A stretch of 64,000 bases of DNA, from assembly GCA_021613535.1 (NCBI GenBank), contig CP075494.1:5518001-5582000 (forward strand), given 5' to 3'. Positions 50,968-63,826 of this stretch are shown piece after piece (the first letter of the stretch is position 1; every line of letters begins with the position of its first letter). Made by a program: the position numbers and the translations under genes. Below the pieces are notes generated by a model. That model worked only from the letters and a program-made list of their open reading frames with translations, was not told the origin of the DNA and made no database searches. The stretch comes from Adineta vaga. Its lineage: Eukaryota; Animalia; Rotifera.

Positions 50968-53010
50968 TCAATTAACATTCATGACCGAAAAGGTACGATG
51001 TGAAGTATTTATTTTCTCTACTTTGAATGATATACGTTTCATATCATGTTTAATATCAATCATATCAGGATGCGTTGAAGAGAAACATTTGTCTCGAATG
51101 AAAAATGCTTTTTTATAATAAATCAAAGCATCGGAAAACTTCTCTTGAGCTTCATATAGAATTCCAATATTTCTCAAAGCACTTGAAATTGAAGGATGTC
51201 CAGGTGGGAGAGAATTTGCATAGATATCTTTTGCTTTTTGATAATTCTTCAATGCTTGATCATATTGACCAATATGATAATATACATTACCAATATTCAG
51301 ATATGCATTGCCTAAACAAGGATGCGATGGAGGTAAACAACCTTTTTTCATTTCCATTGCTTTCAGATGATAATCCAATGCTTCAGAATATTTGTTTTCT
51401 GCATTGTAAATATTACCAATATTATTCAAACACCATGCAACATATTGAGGATCAAGATTATCGATTTGTGACCATAATTGCAATGCTTTTTCATAGGATT
51501 CTAATGCACGTTGATTTTCACCTAGTTTTTGATAAACTTCACCCATACTTGTATAAATAAAACCAAGACGTGGATGATCCTTTCTTAATTTACGTTGTCC
51601 AATATCAAGTGATTGACATAATTGCTCAAGACTTAATTGATAAGAACCTTTTTCATGGGAAACTTTTGCTAACGAATGATAACAAAGAGAAACATCAGCA
51701 TCATTCGGTGGTAATTCTTTCAATAATCGATGATAATATTTTTCTGCTTCATCGAATCGTGCCATATCAACAAGAACATGACCAAATAGAAGAAGTCGAG
51801 TTTGTCCGATTCCATATTGATTTTTCATAGAATCAACAACAGCTTGTAGATCATGATCTTTATCACTACATAATGTCATTTGAATGACCCAAATATGATG
51901 TTGATCAAGATAAATTCGATTAAGTCGAAAAACTGATCCTAACATCATTAAAACTTCACTTTCATCTGGATATGCACTTAATTGTGATATACTAGCAAAT
52001 GGTTTTACACCAATTCGAGTAGGATCAGCTTCGATTTCGAATAGAACTCGTTTCGTTTTTGTATTACTATCAATCTTATTCATTGTCTTCAGATAAAATA
52101 TAGCTGTTTCACATTCTAATGTTGTAGAAATAAAAGAATTCATTGAAATTAAATTTCCAACTGATTGTTTGAGAATTTCTAATTCATTATCGGATACGAC
52201 TTGACCACGATAGAGAGTTATTGCTGATGAACATTGATATTGTCGAAGTTGTTGTTCAATATCACGAATTAAAAAACGAAATCCAAATAATAAATCAATA
52301 TCTTGTGAACGAAGAGATTTATTTAATAAACGATAAACGAATGTTTCTTTCGTATACCAATGTATTGCTTGATCTGATGTGTACGTTTCTTTAAATTCAA
52401 TACTATGTTCAAGAATTTCTTCAGAATTATCAGGATATTTTTGTAAACATAAAGAAATAAGATCATCTTTGTCGGATAGTGATGCTATTGTTTCCATTCG
52501 AAGTAAACAATCGATTAATAATTGAGAATGAACAAACTGACCATCAAGATGACTAGTTGATTGTTCATTATGAATATTTCCATTCAGAATACTCATTGAT
52601 AATGAATCATCATCAGTAGCTTGATTTCGTTTCATTCGAGTACCACGAAACGGAACAAGTAATTCATCGAATTGATCGTATATACCTTTAATCTTAGCAT
52701 AGTTTTCTGACCATTCTTGATGGAATTTTGTGTCTACATAGAAAATATAAATCATAGATATTTGTGAACAATCATGAATTCGTGGTATTATCTGTTGACC
52801 TAATTCTTCACTAACAATCAAAATGAATCGATTCGTCGATGAAGTAGATTGTATATATTGTTCACATTGATCTATGTTGTCAAATACTTGTAGACTATCT
52901 ACTATTGAGCGAATTTTTTCTTGTCGTTCACTATTTTCTTTAGTATGAATCGTTGTATCCAACCAAAGCAGATTGTGTGTATACATTTTTGACTCACTAT
53001 TCATATGCAT
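50968..53010 (-). CDS. Receiver-like domain plus R-S-E (ARTC-type) ADP-ribosyltransferase plus TPR repeats
   Basis: LLWLD N-terminal module; AIHWYTKETFVYRLLNKSLR, LYRGQ, SFISTT, DESEVL; about six kinesin-light-chain-like TPRs. Confidence 0.9.
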   Translation of the reverse strand: MHMNSESKMYTHNLLWLDTTIHTKENSERQEKIRSIVDSLQVFDNIDQCEQYIQSTSSTNRFILIVSEELGQQIIPRIHDCSQISMIYIFYVDTKFHQEWSENYAKIKGIYDQFDELLVPFRGTRMKRNQATDDDSLSMSILNGNIHNEQSTSHLDGQFVHSQLLIDCLLRMETIASLSDKDDLISLCLQKYPDNSEEILEHSIEFKETYTSDQAIHWYTKETFVYRLLNKSLRSQDIDLLFGFRFLIRDIEQQLRQYQCSSAITLYRGQVVSDNELEILKQSVGNLISMNSFISTTLECETAIFYLKTMNKIDSNTKTKRVLFEIEADPTRIGVKPFASISQLSAYPDESEVLMMLGSVFRLNRIYLDQHHIWVIQMTLCSDKDHDLQAVVDSMKNQYGIGQTRLLLFGHVLVDMARFDEAEKYYHRLLKELPPNDADVSLCYHSLAKVSHEKGSYQLSLEQLCQSLDIGQRKLRKDHPRLGFIYTSMGEVYQKLGENQRALESYEKALQLWSQIDNLDPQYVAWCLNNIGNIYNAENKYSEALDYHLKAMEMKKGCLPPSHPCLGNAYLNIGNVYYHIGQYDQALKNYQKAKDIYANSLPPGHPSISSALRNIGILYEAQEKFSDALIYYKKAFFIRDKCFSSTHPDMIDIKHDMKRISFKVEKINTSHRTFSVMNVN

Positions 53011-53589
53011 TCAAGTTTCGTTATTACTGACAGGAAAAAAAAACGAAATGAAGATAAGTAAAAATATTTTTCTGAAAGATAGATAAGCCTAAGTATGTTA
53101 TTGAGTTTTTGTGAAATTTATTATGTACTTATGAGAATCAAATGTCTAAAGATTTGGTTGGTGTAATCGTAGACATGATAACTACGTAATCGAATATATT
53201 TCAAATGTATTTAACCATACCAAATGAATCAATTTGACGATAAACTGGCACATTGATTACTATTAGTTATCCAATACGTAATTGCCGGAGAGAGAAAAAT
53301 CTTCTCAGACATATCTTATCAACTGTAACAGATAGATTTCGTTTTCTCAAAAGAAAATATGATCATAGTCTTTTTCATTCGTTGAAGTTATTGAAAATAT
53401 AACGTAGTAAAAATAATTACAAATAGTATCTTTTATCTTCGTATACATATACGCTGTTTTTCTTTCTTTCTTTCTTTCTATTCTTCTTATTGGTTATAGA
53501 AATAACTATGCGAACATCATCGTCGTCGTCGTCGTCGTCTTTTATCAATGTGTCTATATGTAGAGGAAAGAAAAGAAAAAAAAAGCGAA

Positions 53590-53678
53590 TCCGAACTCCC
53601 AGATTTGAACTGGGGACCTATAGGTTACTATGATTACTCCATTACAGCCTACCGCTCTGCCAGCTGAGCTAAGTTCGG
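53590..53678 (-). tRNA. tRNA-Tyr(GUA) with 16-nt intron (53626-53641)
   Basis: Cloverleaf CCGAACT/AGTTCGG, D arm GCTC/GAGC, anticodon arm GTAGG-CT-GTA-A[intron]A-CCTAT, T arm CCCAG-TTCAAAT-CTGGG; poly-T Pol III terminator just downstream. Confidence 0.93.
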
Positions 53679-53808
53679 ATGTTGATGTAGAATGTAAAAG
53701 TACACTAAACAATGATCTTTTCCATAGGATTCTTTTCTTTTCAATATATATATATATATATATATATAAACGAAAACAGCGACGTTATTCAAAAATAAAA
53801 AAAGTTGT

Positions 53809-55770
53809 TTAAGATGGTTGTGATAAGCGAGCACTGATACGTGTACGCCGTTCATGTTTATGTCGTCCGCATCCTTCGATGATCAAACCAATTATCTAAA
53901 GAAAAAGCATATCCATAATTTTGATAAAATCAAAATCATTTACCTTATTTTTATTTTGTAATGTAAAATAAATGATAATGACTGATAGAATGAAAATAAG
54001 AAAATATGATGTAAAATGATTCGTCCAACCATCGAAGTCATCATCATCATCATGATAACGATTTAAGCGTGATCCTCGAATATATAGAAAAAACAAAGAT
54101 CATTTTTATTAAAAATAATTCTATTTAAATCTTACGACTTAGAAGTTTCTTCCTTTTAGCATATCTATCATCATATTTCAGTCGATGAAATGTATCGATA
54201 TTCATCGGAGGTCGATTCTCATCAAGTTCTCCTATAAAATATGTGTTAGTTCTATTAGAAAATGAATGAATTCAAATGATGTTTTATCGATTTTAGTACC
54301 CGTTATACCAATATTATGTTAGAATGAATGGGTACCTTTAAACCAATTGTTTCCATTACGTTTATTGCCATTTCCGGCATCGAATTCTAAAATAAAATGT
54401 TGTTTTTTTTCTGAACAAGAAAAATTAGTTCTTTATCAGATCGTTCATAAACTCTCTCTCTCTCACGGTAACAATTAAAAAACCATAAATAAATCACATC
54501 AAACGAAAAGATATTTTCTTCGTACCTGCTCGAATGCCAGTTCGTCGTAATCGAACTAAAGCTAAAACAATTCATTGAACGTTAATTTATTAGCAAAAGA
54601 ATTACCTTCATTTTGTTCTTTCGGTTCTTTCAATGCAACTAGAATAAAGAATACACGCACAAAATCAGAATCATTTCTGTATATTCATTGAAGAGAAAAA
54701 ACGACATATGGAAGATATTTTTATCATTGTAGATCGAATGAAAAAGATTAGGTTTATCTAAATCAAACTTACTTCTTTTTTTAATCACTTGCGTTTCTTC
54801 ACCAGCAAAATCAAGAAGATTTTCTCTTTCTTTATCTAAATAATGCTTTCCTAAAAGAAATCAATTGATTACTATTCAAAATCATATCGTTTTTTTCAAT
54901 TCTCCTACGTCGGCCAAGGTTTCTCTGTGTTTTACCTAAATATAAAAGAAAATAACCATTTATTTTGAAAGAATCAATGATGTATTTACTTGATTTCAAT
55001 CGTTTTTTTCTAGAATCAAATATTGATTGATATTTATTTTGTTTTTTTGGAATAACTTCCTGAACAATTGATTTATTGATGGATAATTGATCCAATTCTT
55101 TTATACCTGATCAATATTGTACAAAGAGTTTTGAATAAAATCCTTTTCATTTACTTGTATTTGTTGGAGAATTTGTTTCTCTTGAAATATGAATTGTATC
55201 TACTATCGAATGATCTGATGTATTATTTACTGATGGAGCCGTGTTCAAATTTTCCGCATGTCGAATACGTGGTGCCATTTTATAGAAGAATCTTGTTAAT
55301 CGAAGTGTCGAATTCGTTGATGTCAATTGTGGACATAATTGTGTCCATGATGAACCAATTTGAATTCTTTCTTTCTTGGTTAATTTCTCCCATATCCATT
55401 TATTTGTATAAACGATTTTATGCATCGAACAGATTTGTTCGGATGTATACGAATGAGTATATTTGACGGGTGTCGGACGTGTTTTATTCGGTAATGTACA
55501 GCCAATTTCAAGTTCAATTAAGATTATTCGACATAAAATTGGTGCAAGATTTGCTGTGACAGATGTAGAACAATGTTTAGTTAAATCATGTATTAACATA
55601 TTATATTCTCTTTCAGGATTATCTGCAGATGTAACAAAATCACGAAGATCACATGTGATTTTCTTTTCTTTAAATACTTCAAAGATATTAACACCAATTT
55701 CATCATTTAAATCTCGAGTTTGAATACGAGAATATAAAAGAAAACTGAAAATAATCAATATGACGAGCAT
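53809..55770 (-). CDS. TGN46/KCT2-like type I membrane protein, multi-exon
   Basis: Signal peptide, Cys-containing N-terminal domain, then DDDDDF..NHFTSYFLIFILSVIIIYFTLQNKNK/IIGLIIEG, resembling the TGOLN2 TM and tail; internal exons not fully resolved. Confidence 0.65.
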
Positions 55771-56996
55771 ATAGGAACAGGATAGGAATCTGAAAAAAAA
55801 GAATCAAGAAGAGAGAAATTTATTTTCATCACGACTCGGATAAAAACATGGAAAGTAACGACTGTGCTTTGTCAAAACGAATTTATATATATATATACGT
55901 TTAATTATTGAAGCGTACACAGTCGTTAAATTGACCTGATGTCGGCAATTTATCAACATTGATTGTAAAACTCTATATACGAATCAAATTATGATGAAAA
56001 GAAATAGTCGAGTAACTGATATGTCACTGTACTTTATTTGTTTTGAATATAGGTTAAAATTAATGATATCTGAATTGTTATAAACATACCACTTTTGTAA
56101 TTTTCAAATTTTAATCGTTTAAAACGTGTGATCGAATAAATTTGAACTTGAGAAAACGTCATTTATTCCTCTTGAATATTGTGTTATTTGTATAAAAAGA
56201 CACATGTGTACAATATAGATCGATTATTTTCTGCTCGCTCTTTTTTTATTATAAATTAGTGAATAATCACAAGTCCGATACGGTATACTGAACTCACGTG
56301 GATCAAAAAGTAGAAATATTTCTCTTGCTTGAACAAAAAATTAATAATTTTATTGATATAACCAATTTATTACATATCTTAGCAACGAATGATATCAATA
56401 TTTACATGATATTCATAAGTATAAGAGATTACGATTTTCTTGATAGATGTCACCAGTAGACACGAAGATTGTTTTCATATGATGATTGAAAATCTTATAT
56501 TATTAATTGAAAAATTACGAACTATTTGAAGGTAAAATCTGATAGGTAATAAATGATGTCATTGTATGCCTTGAATAAGTCAGAATTTTTATGAAAATTT
56601 TATTGTTTCATTTTAAAAAGGATAGTCAGAAGAAAGAAGATGTATTTGTATTTTGGTTTTCTTTCTTGTTCTATAACACATGGCAATACTATTTTTTTTA
56701 TTTACTGTTGTTAGTGATGATTACACCTGACGATGTATAGAGAAAGGAAGAAAAAGGTAATTGCAGACGACGAATTTTGTGCAGAAAGCAAAACATACGT
56801 GTTTGTGTATGTGGATATCGGAAGAAGTTAAATCACATGTTTTTTTTATTTTTACTAACTTTAATCAATGGATTGTTCGATTTCGTTTCTTTTTTTGACA
56901 TGAAAGTGTATGTTTTAGATGATTTGAATTATTCAAACGATCGGCAATCACGTCATTGGAAAATTATTCTTTTGTTAATATTCAGCTACGGTGCAT

Positions 56997-59525
56997 ATGC
57001 CTGTCTGTACAAATCCTAATTGTTTACAACATGGCGAAGCAAAGCGTCGTTTGAAACTGGTGTTTGAGTATATAGATGAGAAACATGATATAGATTTAGA
57101 ACATAAAGTTCAAAGCCCACCGACAAGAGATATTCATCAAATTATAGAAGATCTTTTAAGATTACTACTTCTTGATGATATATCTCCAGAAGAAGTTCGT
57201 CTTGTTGGATTCACTCGTGGCAATCGTTACGTAACAGTGACTGCAAAAGACAAACATCGATCTTTAGAAAAATTAGGTGTCACTGATGGTTGTATACTTC
57301 ATTTTAAACCAACAGAAAATGCAGCACCACCGAAGCAATGTCAGTTAACTATTAGTGGACCTGATGAAAAGGAAAAAATCAATTTTTCATGGTATAGAGA
57401 AAAAACAACATTAAAAGAGCTTCTTGAATACGTTATCAGAAATTTTTCATTGCAACAAATTGATCGTGAATGTATTCATCTCTTCACGATGTTCGATGAA
57501 CTTGATTTGAAATGTTCATCATTAAGATTAGTTTTTCATGGTTTATACGATAAAATGTCAATATACGTAAGAATTGTCTCATCACTCTCATCTGCCAATC
57601 TTCACGAAGATACAGATGTTCATGTTGAATGTAGTGATGATGACGAAAAATTTATTTTGCTCGTACCATACAGGGAAAGGATTGATACCTTGAAAATCAA
57701 AATCCAGGACCGATATGACTTTCGACCTCTAGTCAATTTCACATTACGAAACGAAGCAAATGAAGAGATATCCTTAATCGATGATACTCGAACTTTACAA
57801 TCAATTGGTATCAAACCTGGTCATACTATCTATGCTACTTTTCGTATACAATCTGAAAGAACTCGTCGATTACCAACAGCAACAATTGCAAATAATCAAG
57901 TGTCATCAGATTTAAATGTACAAGATGATAAGTTGACTATCATTTGTAATTTTCCAACAGAAGATCCTGTTACTACTCAATTATCCGTGAAAGATACTTT
58001 TGATCGATTAATAAAATATATTGATAGTCAAATAAATCATCGTCGATTAGTTATATCAAAAATTAGCTCCGACAATATTCGTATTGAAATTGATGAAGAT
58101 CGATCACGATGTTTTGCTGATTTAGGATTTAAACCAAATGATGTAATTCATGTCGTTACAAAAGATAAATCACCTGTTCATCGATCGATTGTAAGCAAAC
58201 AATCATCACCATTAACAACACCTGATACATCACGAAAGTCTACGCATCCGAAAAAACGTCCGATAGGTTTAGTTAATCTTGGCAATTCATGTTATATGAA
58301 TAGTGCATTTCAATGTCTTGCTCATATTCCACAATTAACTAGTTTCTTTTTAGAAAATATTGATCATGCTCATCTGAATAGTACGAAAGATGAACATAGC
58401 GATTTCAATCCATATGATGAAGTCGGAGATGTTATTGGTGCTTATGCGGATTTACTTTGGAATTTATGGCGATGTGATCAAGTTGATCATGGTGGTCATT
58501 CATTTAAACCAACTCGTATAAAAGAACGTATGGGAGAAAAAGATGCACGTTTTGGTACAAAAGATCAACAAGATGCTCAAGAATTTATGAGTTTTTTTCT
58601 TGAAACTATTCATCGAGAATTAAAATTAAAGAATAAAAATGATCGAAATACAATTATTAAAAAACTCTTCTTTGGTGAAATAACATCAACTATTACCTGC
58701 ATGAAATGTCGTAAACAAGAATCAACGACACATCCAATTAGTTTTTTATCTATACCGCTCAATCGACAAGAACGTACTTTTTGGATCAATTATATTCCTA
58801 AAAATGGTGAAGATATAACTGCTTTCATTGATATACCTCTAAATGCTCAAGTGGGTCATGTCGTCGAAATGTTTGCAACTCATGTGAAAGAAATGTCGCT
58901 TTTCCACTATATACTTGCTCTACTACCCGATGGTGAAGTAGATTTTCGGACACCACTTAAAGAAATTCTTACTGATGAACTTGTATTTATGGAACAAGAA
59001 AATCGTACTGATAACAAACGCCCAAAACCTTTAGATTTACCGAAGAAAAAATCAACACTTGAAAATTGTCTTGAAGACTTTTTTTCTCCCGAATTATTAG
59101 ATGATGAAAGGATTTGTTCACAAGATATATGTAAACAAAAAACTACAGCAATGAAACAATTAAAACTTCATACACTTCCAACAGTACTTATTATTCAATT
59201 CAAACGATTTTCACATGAAAATGGTTTGCATCAAAAGATTCAAACATTCGTAGATTATCCGCTAACTGGACTTCAACTGAATCAATTTTTATCCTCATCA
59301 TCATCAGAAAATGCGATTTATGATTTAATTGCCGTTTGTCATCATGTAGGAGGTGTTTCTGGTGGTCATTATACAGCTTGTGCACAGCATTCGATATCAA
59401 ACAAGACAAATTGGTATACATTCGATGATTCATCAGTTAATCTTATTGAAAAGGATGACTATAAATATGATATCGTTTCTCGAGATGCCTATCTTCTGTT
59501 TTATATTAAAAGAGACAGTTTTTAG
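56997..59525 (+). CDS. Ubiquitin-specific protease (USP) with tandem N-terminal ubiquitin-like domains
   Basis: GLVNLGNSCYMNSAFQCL, QQDAQEF, LIIQFKRF, HHVGGVSGGHYTA, WYTFDDS; N-terminal repeats ending SLEKLGV, TLQSIGIKPG, FADLGFKPND. Confidence 0.9.
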   Translation: MPVCTNPNCLQHGEAKRRLKLVFEYIDEKHDIDLEHKVQSPPTRDIHQIIEDLLRLLLLDDISPEEVRLVGFTRGNRYVTVTAKDKHRSLEKLGVTDGCILHFKPTENAAPPKQCQLTISGPDEKEKINFSWYREKTTLKELLEYVIRNFSLQQIDRECIHLFTMFDELDLKCSSLRLVFHGLYDKMSIYVRIVSSLSSANLHEDTDVHVECSDDDEKFILLVPYRERIDTLKIKIQDRYDFRPLVNFTLRNEANEEISLIDDTRTLQSIGIKPGHTIYATFRIQSERTRRLPTATIANNQVSSDLNVQDDKLTIICNFPTEDPVTTQLSVKDTFDRLIKYIDSQINHRRLVISKISSDNIRIEIDEDRSRCFADLGFKPNDVIHVVTKDKSPVHRSIVSKQSSPLTTPDTSRKSTHPKKRPIGLVNLGNSCYMNSAFQCLAHIPQLTSFFLENIDHAHLNSTKDEHSDFNPYDEVGDVIGAYADLLWNLWRCDQVDHGGHSFKPTRIKERMGEKDARFGTKDQQDAQEFMSFFLETIHRELKLKNKNDRNTIIKKLFFGEITSTITCMKCRKQESTTHPISFLSIPLNRQERTFWINYIPKNGEDITAFIDIPLNAQVGHVVEMFATHVKEMSLFHYILALLPDGEVDFRTPLKEILTDELVFMEQENRTDNKRPKPLDLPKKKSTLENCLEDFFSPELLDDERICSQDICKQKTTAMKQLKLHTLPTVLIIQFKRFSHENGLHQKIQTFVDYPLTGLQLNQFLSSSSSENAIYDLIAVCHHVGGVSGGHYTACAQHSISNKTNWYTFDDSSVNLIEKDDYKYDIVSRDAYLLFYIKRDSF

Positions 59526-59676
59526 AATCTAACAATAACAATGTGATATTCCAGTGTGTATTTTATAGAATATTGTATGTCTCTCTTCTGTAAAATGATG
59601 ATCAATTTATATTTTGAATATTTTTTAAACCGCTTTTTTATTCGTTCAATCAAGGTGACTTTCTGTTGATCCTTTT

Positions 59677-60191
59677 TTACATAACGATAGCGTCAGCTTC
59701 AATTTCAACACGCATATCAGGATGAACAAAAGCATTGACTTGAACGAGTGTAGCAGGTACACGAATACCATAGGAATGAAATGTTTCTTTAAATGCTCGA
59801 CACACTTCATCTTGATCAGTAATATCAATACTAGAATAGATTTAATATAGAAGAAAATCATTAGATTAAATACATACATAAACATCCGTATACGGACAAC
59901 ATCGGTTAATTGCGCACCAATTGTTATCAATGCATGTTTAATACGTTCAAAGATCACTACAGCTTGATGATAAGTACTTGAAGGCTGTGATATAGATGAT
60001 TTAATGTTTTAAAACAAGCAAAAGATGAAACTTACATGAAGAACACCTTTTGTTACATCGCTAGCTGTTGTACCAGCGATGATAACAAAGGGTCCACGTC
60101 GAACAGCACGTGTATGACCACAAACTTCTTCCCATGGATTATTCGTACGTAATTCAAAACGACCAGGTAAAGTTTCAATAACAGTTCCCAT
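59677..60191 (-). CDS. RidA/YjgF/UK114-family protein of the bacterial WE..GYSRA type, 3 exons
   Basis: NPWEEVCGHTRAVRRGPFVIIAGTTA, DVVRIRMF, IRVPATLVQV, VEIEADAIVM*. Confidence 0.85.
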
Positions 60192-60943
60192 CGTTACCTG
60201 GTCAGATTTAATTCAAACAGAATGAGAGATAGTTTCTTCTGTAGAATCTTACTTCGGAAGAATCGGTTTGCTTTTGTTCTTCGGTCATTATGTTATTTGT
60301 ATGTGATAAAATAAGAAAGATATGAATGAATGATAGTCGTTCTCATTTTTATACTTTCATTTTGATAACATAAAGCACCTAAACAATAAAATGTGTGTCG
60401 TATCGTTACACGTTCGACCTTCCGATAACGATTTACGAAAGACTATTGACGAAGCAAAAGAAATAGGAAAAGAACTATTTTTTCGAATTACTCATGATGA
60501 AAATACACATTCTTCCAAGTAAAAGTCGTTCTGTTGATACATGGAAAAAGAAAATAGTTAAAGCCATGAATAAAAATTTATTGAATAATGACGTTGTTTT
60601 TCTTACTGTGAAGAATCCCCAATGGAAATGTACTTCTTGTAGAAAAAGAGAAAACATGTGTTATCACTTCGTTCAACTTAATTCTAGTATTAATAATTGC
60701 ATCTATGTGACCGAGTGATAGAAACGATCTATTTTCTAACGATACAATTGAAATTATTCTATTTACATCGATGATAACACCAAGGGCTGTTAAAAAATTG
60801 AATAAGACTATAAGCCACCTCTGGATTAAAATCAGTAGAAAATATATTATGTGATTATATTAGAGATTACCACAGCTGTTCTTCACCTCTACCGTATTAA
60901 GTTTCTGAAATTTATTTCTGATAAAATACGTGTAATAAAAAGA

Positions 60944-62114
60944 ATGTTGTTCTCGATGCTTTTATTCTTTATTCTTTTTTCACAATCATCTTTGACAACA
61001 ACAACAACAACAATTCCATATGATGGCATCATTCATCGATCATCAGATGGTACTTCATATGCATACCTTGCTCCACCTCGTACTGGAAATCATGCAGCAT
61101 TCATTGAACAACTCACACCTCACGATACACTCGCCATTGCATGGTTTACAGGTGGTGAAGGATCACCTAATTGTTCCATCGCAGTATCACTTCTTCAACG
61201 AGGATCACAACAGTTCACTCCAGGTGTCATTGTGAGTGAACGTGTCAACTATTCCAATCAGAATCCTGTTCTTTTCTGGGATAATCACACACAAATTCTT
61301 CATTTGTATCATTCGTCACAATTAGGAAATGCAGGTGAAACCAACTCACAACTCTGGCATGTTCAAAGTGAAGACCGAGGTGAAGAGAATTGTGTTTACA
61401 TGAGAGAATGTTATTTGTATTTCGTATGTAGGTGCAACATGGTCTCGACCGGAAGCATTCTATACAGTAGCAGGTGCATTTGATCGAAATCGTATCATTC
61501 CAACATTGAATAACAACGGTCTCATCTTTCCATGTTACAACTCTTCACCAGACATCGATTATTCATTCATACTTCGATCGACATCGCCAACATCTGGATG
61601 GACTCGAATTGATATGCAGAAAACGAATGATCTCATCCAACCGACAATCGTTCGATTAGATAATTCTCCACAATTACGAGCATTCTATCGTGATGAAGAT
61701 AACTTTGCTATCTATTATGCTGATAGTTTTGATGATGGTTTAACATGGTCACCACCTTCACCCACATCATTACCGAACAATAATGCAGGTATTCAAGCTT
61801 ATACATTAAGAAGTGGTGCTATCATTATGACATTCAATAATCTCAATGGTACACATCATCCACGATCACCCTTGACTGTTGCACTTTCATATGATAATGG
61901 AATGACATGGCCATACAAACGAGATGTTCAAGTTCATGATGATGATAATAGTACAATTGTTGGTGAATATTCGTATCCATCTTTGTTGCAAAGTGATTGG
62001 AGTGAAAGTGATGATAATGATATTCATGTGGTGTATACATATGAAAGACAAACAATCAAATATGTTCGAATGAATGAAAAATGGATTAAACAGAGTAAAA
62101 AAACAACTGACTAA
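60944..62114 (+). CDS. Secreted BNR/Asp-box sialidase-like beta-propeller
   Basis: Signal peptide; NHAAFI, AWFTG..EG, QNPVLF; Asp boxes SEDRGATW (across intron 61380-61431), SFDDGLTW and SYDNGMTW; LPNNNAGI, EYSYPSL. Confidence 0.85.
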
Positions 62115-62732
62115 TTCGTAGGTTTCTGTCTTTGCTTAATATTATATAGTTTCCTTTCTGAATTTACAATTATATCCATTTTAAATAAAATATTATGAGT
62201 AAATAACGACACAAATATGTCGGTATGTTTACTTCTTTATGCAATACTGAATATAAAATTATAACAAAACTTAGTAATAGAGTAAATTCTTTTGTTAATG
62301 ATACTACTCTCTTTTTTTTGGAAAAGAGATTTATTCAAAACTTTACGGTTTTTCTTCTTCTCTATCAGCATGATAATCAAACTAGGGAGAAAATTTATCT
62401 GAAACACCCACTTAAACTGCTCAATTATTTCGAGGGTCATTTTAATTTACATCTCATTAAGAGTCATTAACTTGCATATGATTCATTTTTAACACGAAGA
62501 AAAGCTACAGCAGATTGAAGATTTTCTTGAATGAAAACATGCAAATGTCGACGTGTTACGTTAGAATTTCTTTTGGTTCTTCCAGGATCGAGAGAAGATC
62601 GCATTTTTTCAAATGAACTTAATGAATTTGATCGTGCCTAAGAGTTTCCTTATCTTTAATGTGTCGTCTGTATCCATATATAGATGTTAAAACGAAGAGA
62701 AACTCATTTCAAATAGGCAGCTTTCTTTTCAA

Positions 62733-63826
62733 ATGTCCGATCCCTTTATATTATCGTTGAATTATGCTTCCACTCAAATCTATATTTATATGGGAATTGT
62801 ACTTATTATCAGTGGTGTATTTGGTGGATTGATGAATATCATTGTTTTTCTCAGTCTTGAGATTTATCGACAAAATTCTACAGCATTTTATCTAATTATT
62901 GTTTCAATTGTTAATATTGGTCAGTTATTAACAGGTCTACTTTCTCGAGTTCTTATCAGTGCGTTTGGATTTGATTGGACTGAGTCGTCATTAGTCTTTT
63001 GTAAACTAAGATATACTATTTTTCAAGCATGTGGAATCATATCTCCCATGTGTTTATGTTTGGTAACTATCGATCAATTCTTAGCAACATCTGCTCGTCT
63101 ACAATGGCAACGATGGAGTAGTATTAAAGTTGCACATAGATCATCATCTATATGTATCATCTTTTGGCTTCTGTATGGAATTCCATATCTGATTTATTAC
63201 AATCCAACTCTTATAAACAGCACTAAACAAACAGGTTGTATGATAACAAATTCAAATTATCTAAAATATTACAGTAGTGTTCATACTCCTATAATAATGG
63301 GTGCTATTCCAATTATCATTACAACTGTCTTTGGCTTCTTAGCATATCGAAATGTGAAACAATTTTCTCATCGAGCAATTCCACTTGTTCGTCGTCGACA
63401 TGAAACTCAATTGACAATTATGGTTTTTGTTCAAATTATTTTCAATATATTTGCTACAACACCTGTCTTTGTTATACGTACTCTTGCCTCTCAAACTACT
63501 CTAACGAGCGATCCAAAAATTGGTGCTCAAATGCAATTTGCAATTGCGTTAACAACTGGTATCTATTATTTCTATTATGCCGTAAGATAGAATTCTTTTT
63601 TTTCTGTGAGATGAACTCGATGTGTTTATTTTAGGTTCCATTTTACATTTACGTATGTGTATCGGAACGATTTCGAAACCAACTTCGTTATGTGATTATT
63701 GATATACATATGAATCGATGTCGAAGATTGAAAAGAAATGATGTGACACCACAGACACAAGTTGCACCAAAAAGTGGAGGACAACAAATAACAGTTGAAA
63801 ATATCGAACTTGTCTCGAAAAAATAG
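62733..63826 (+). CDS. Rhodopsin-like 7TM GPCR, 2 exons
   Basis: GGLMNIIVF, FCKLRY, TIDQF; intron 63582-63634, then VPFYIYVCVSERFR...SKK*. Confidence 0.88.

Noticed and set aside
53460-53540. (CTTT)n and (CGT)n tracts
   Set aside because: Ordinary simple repeats with no further structure.
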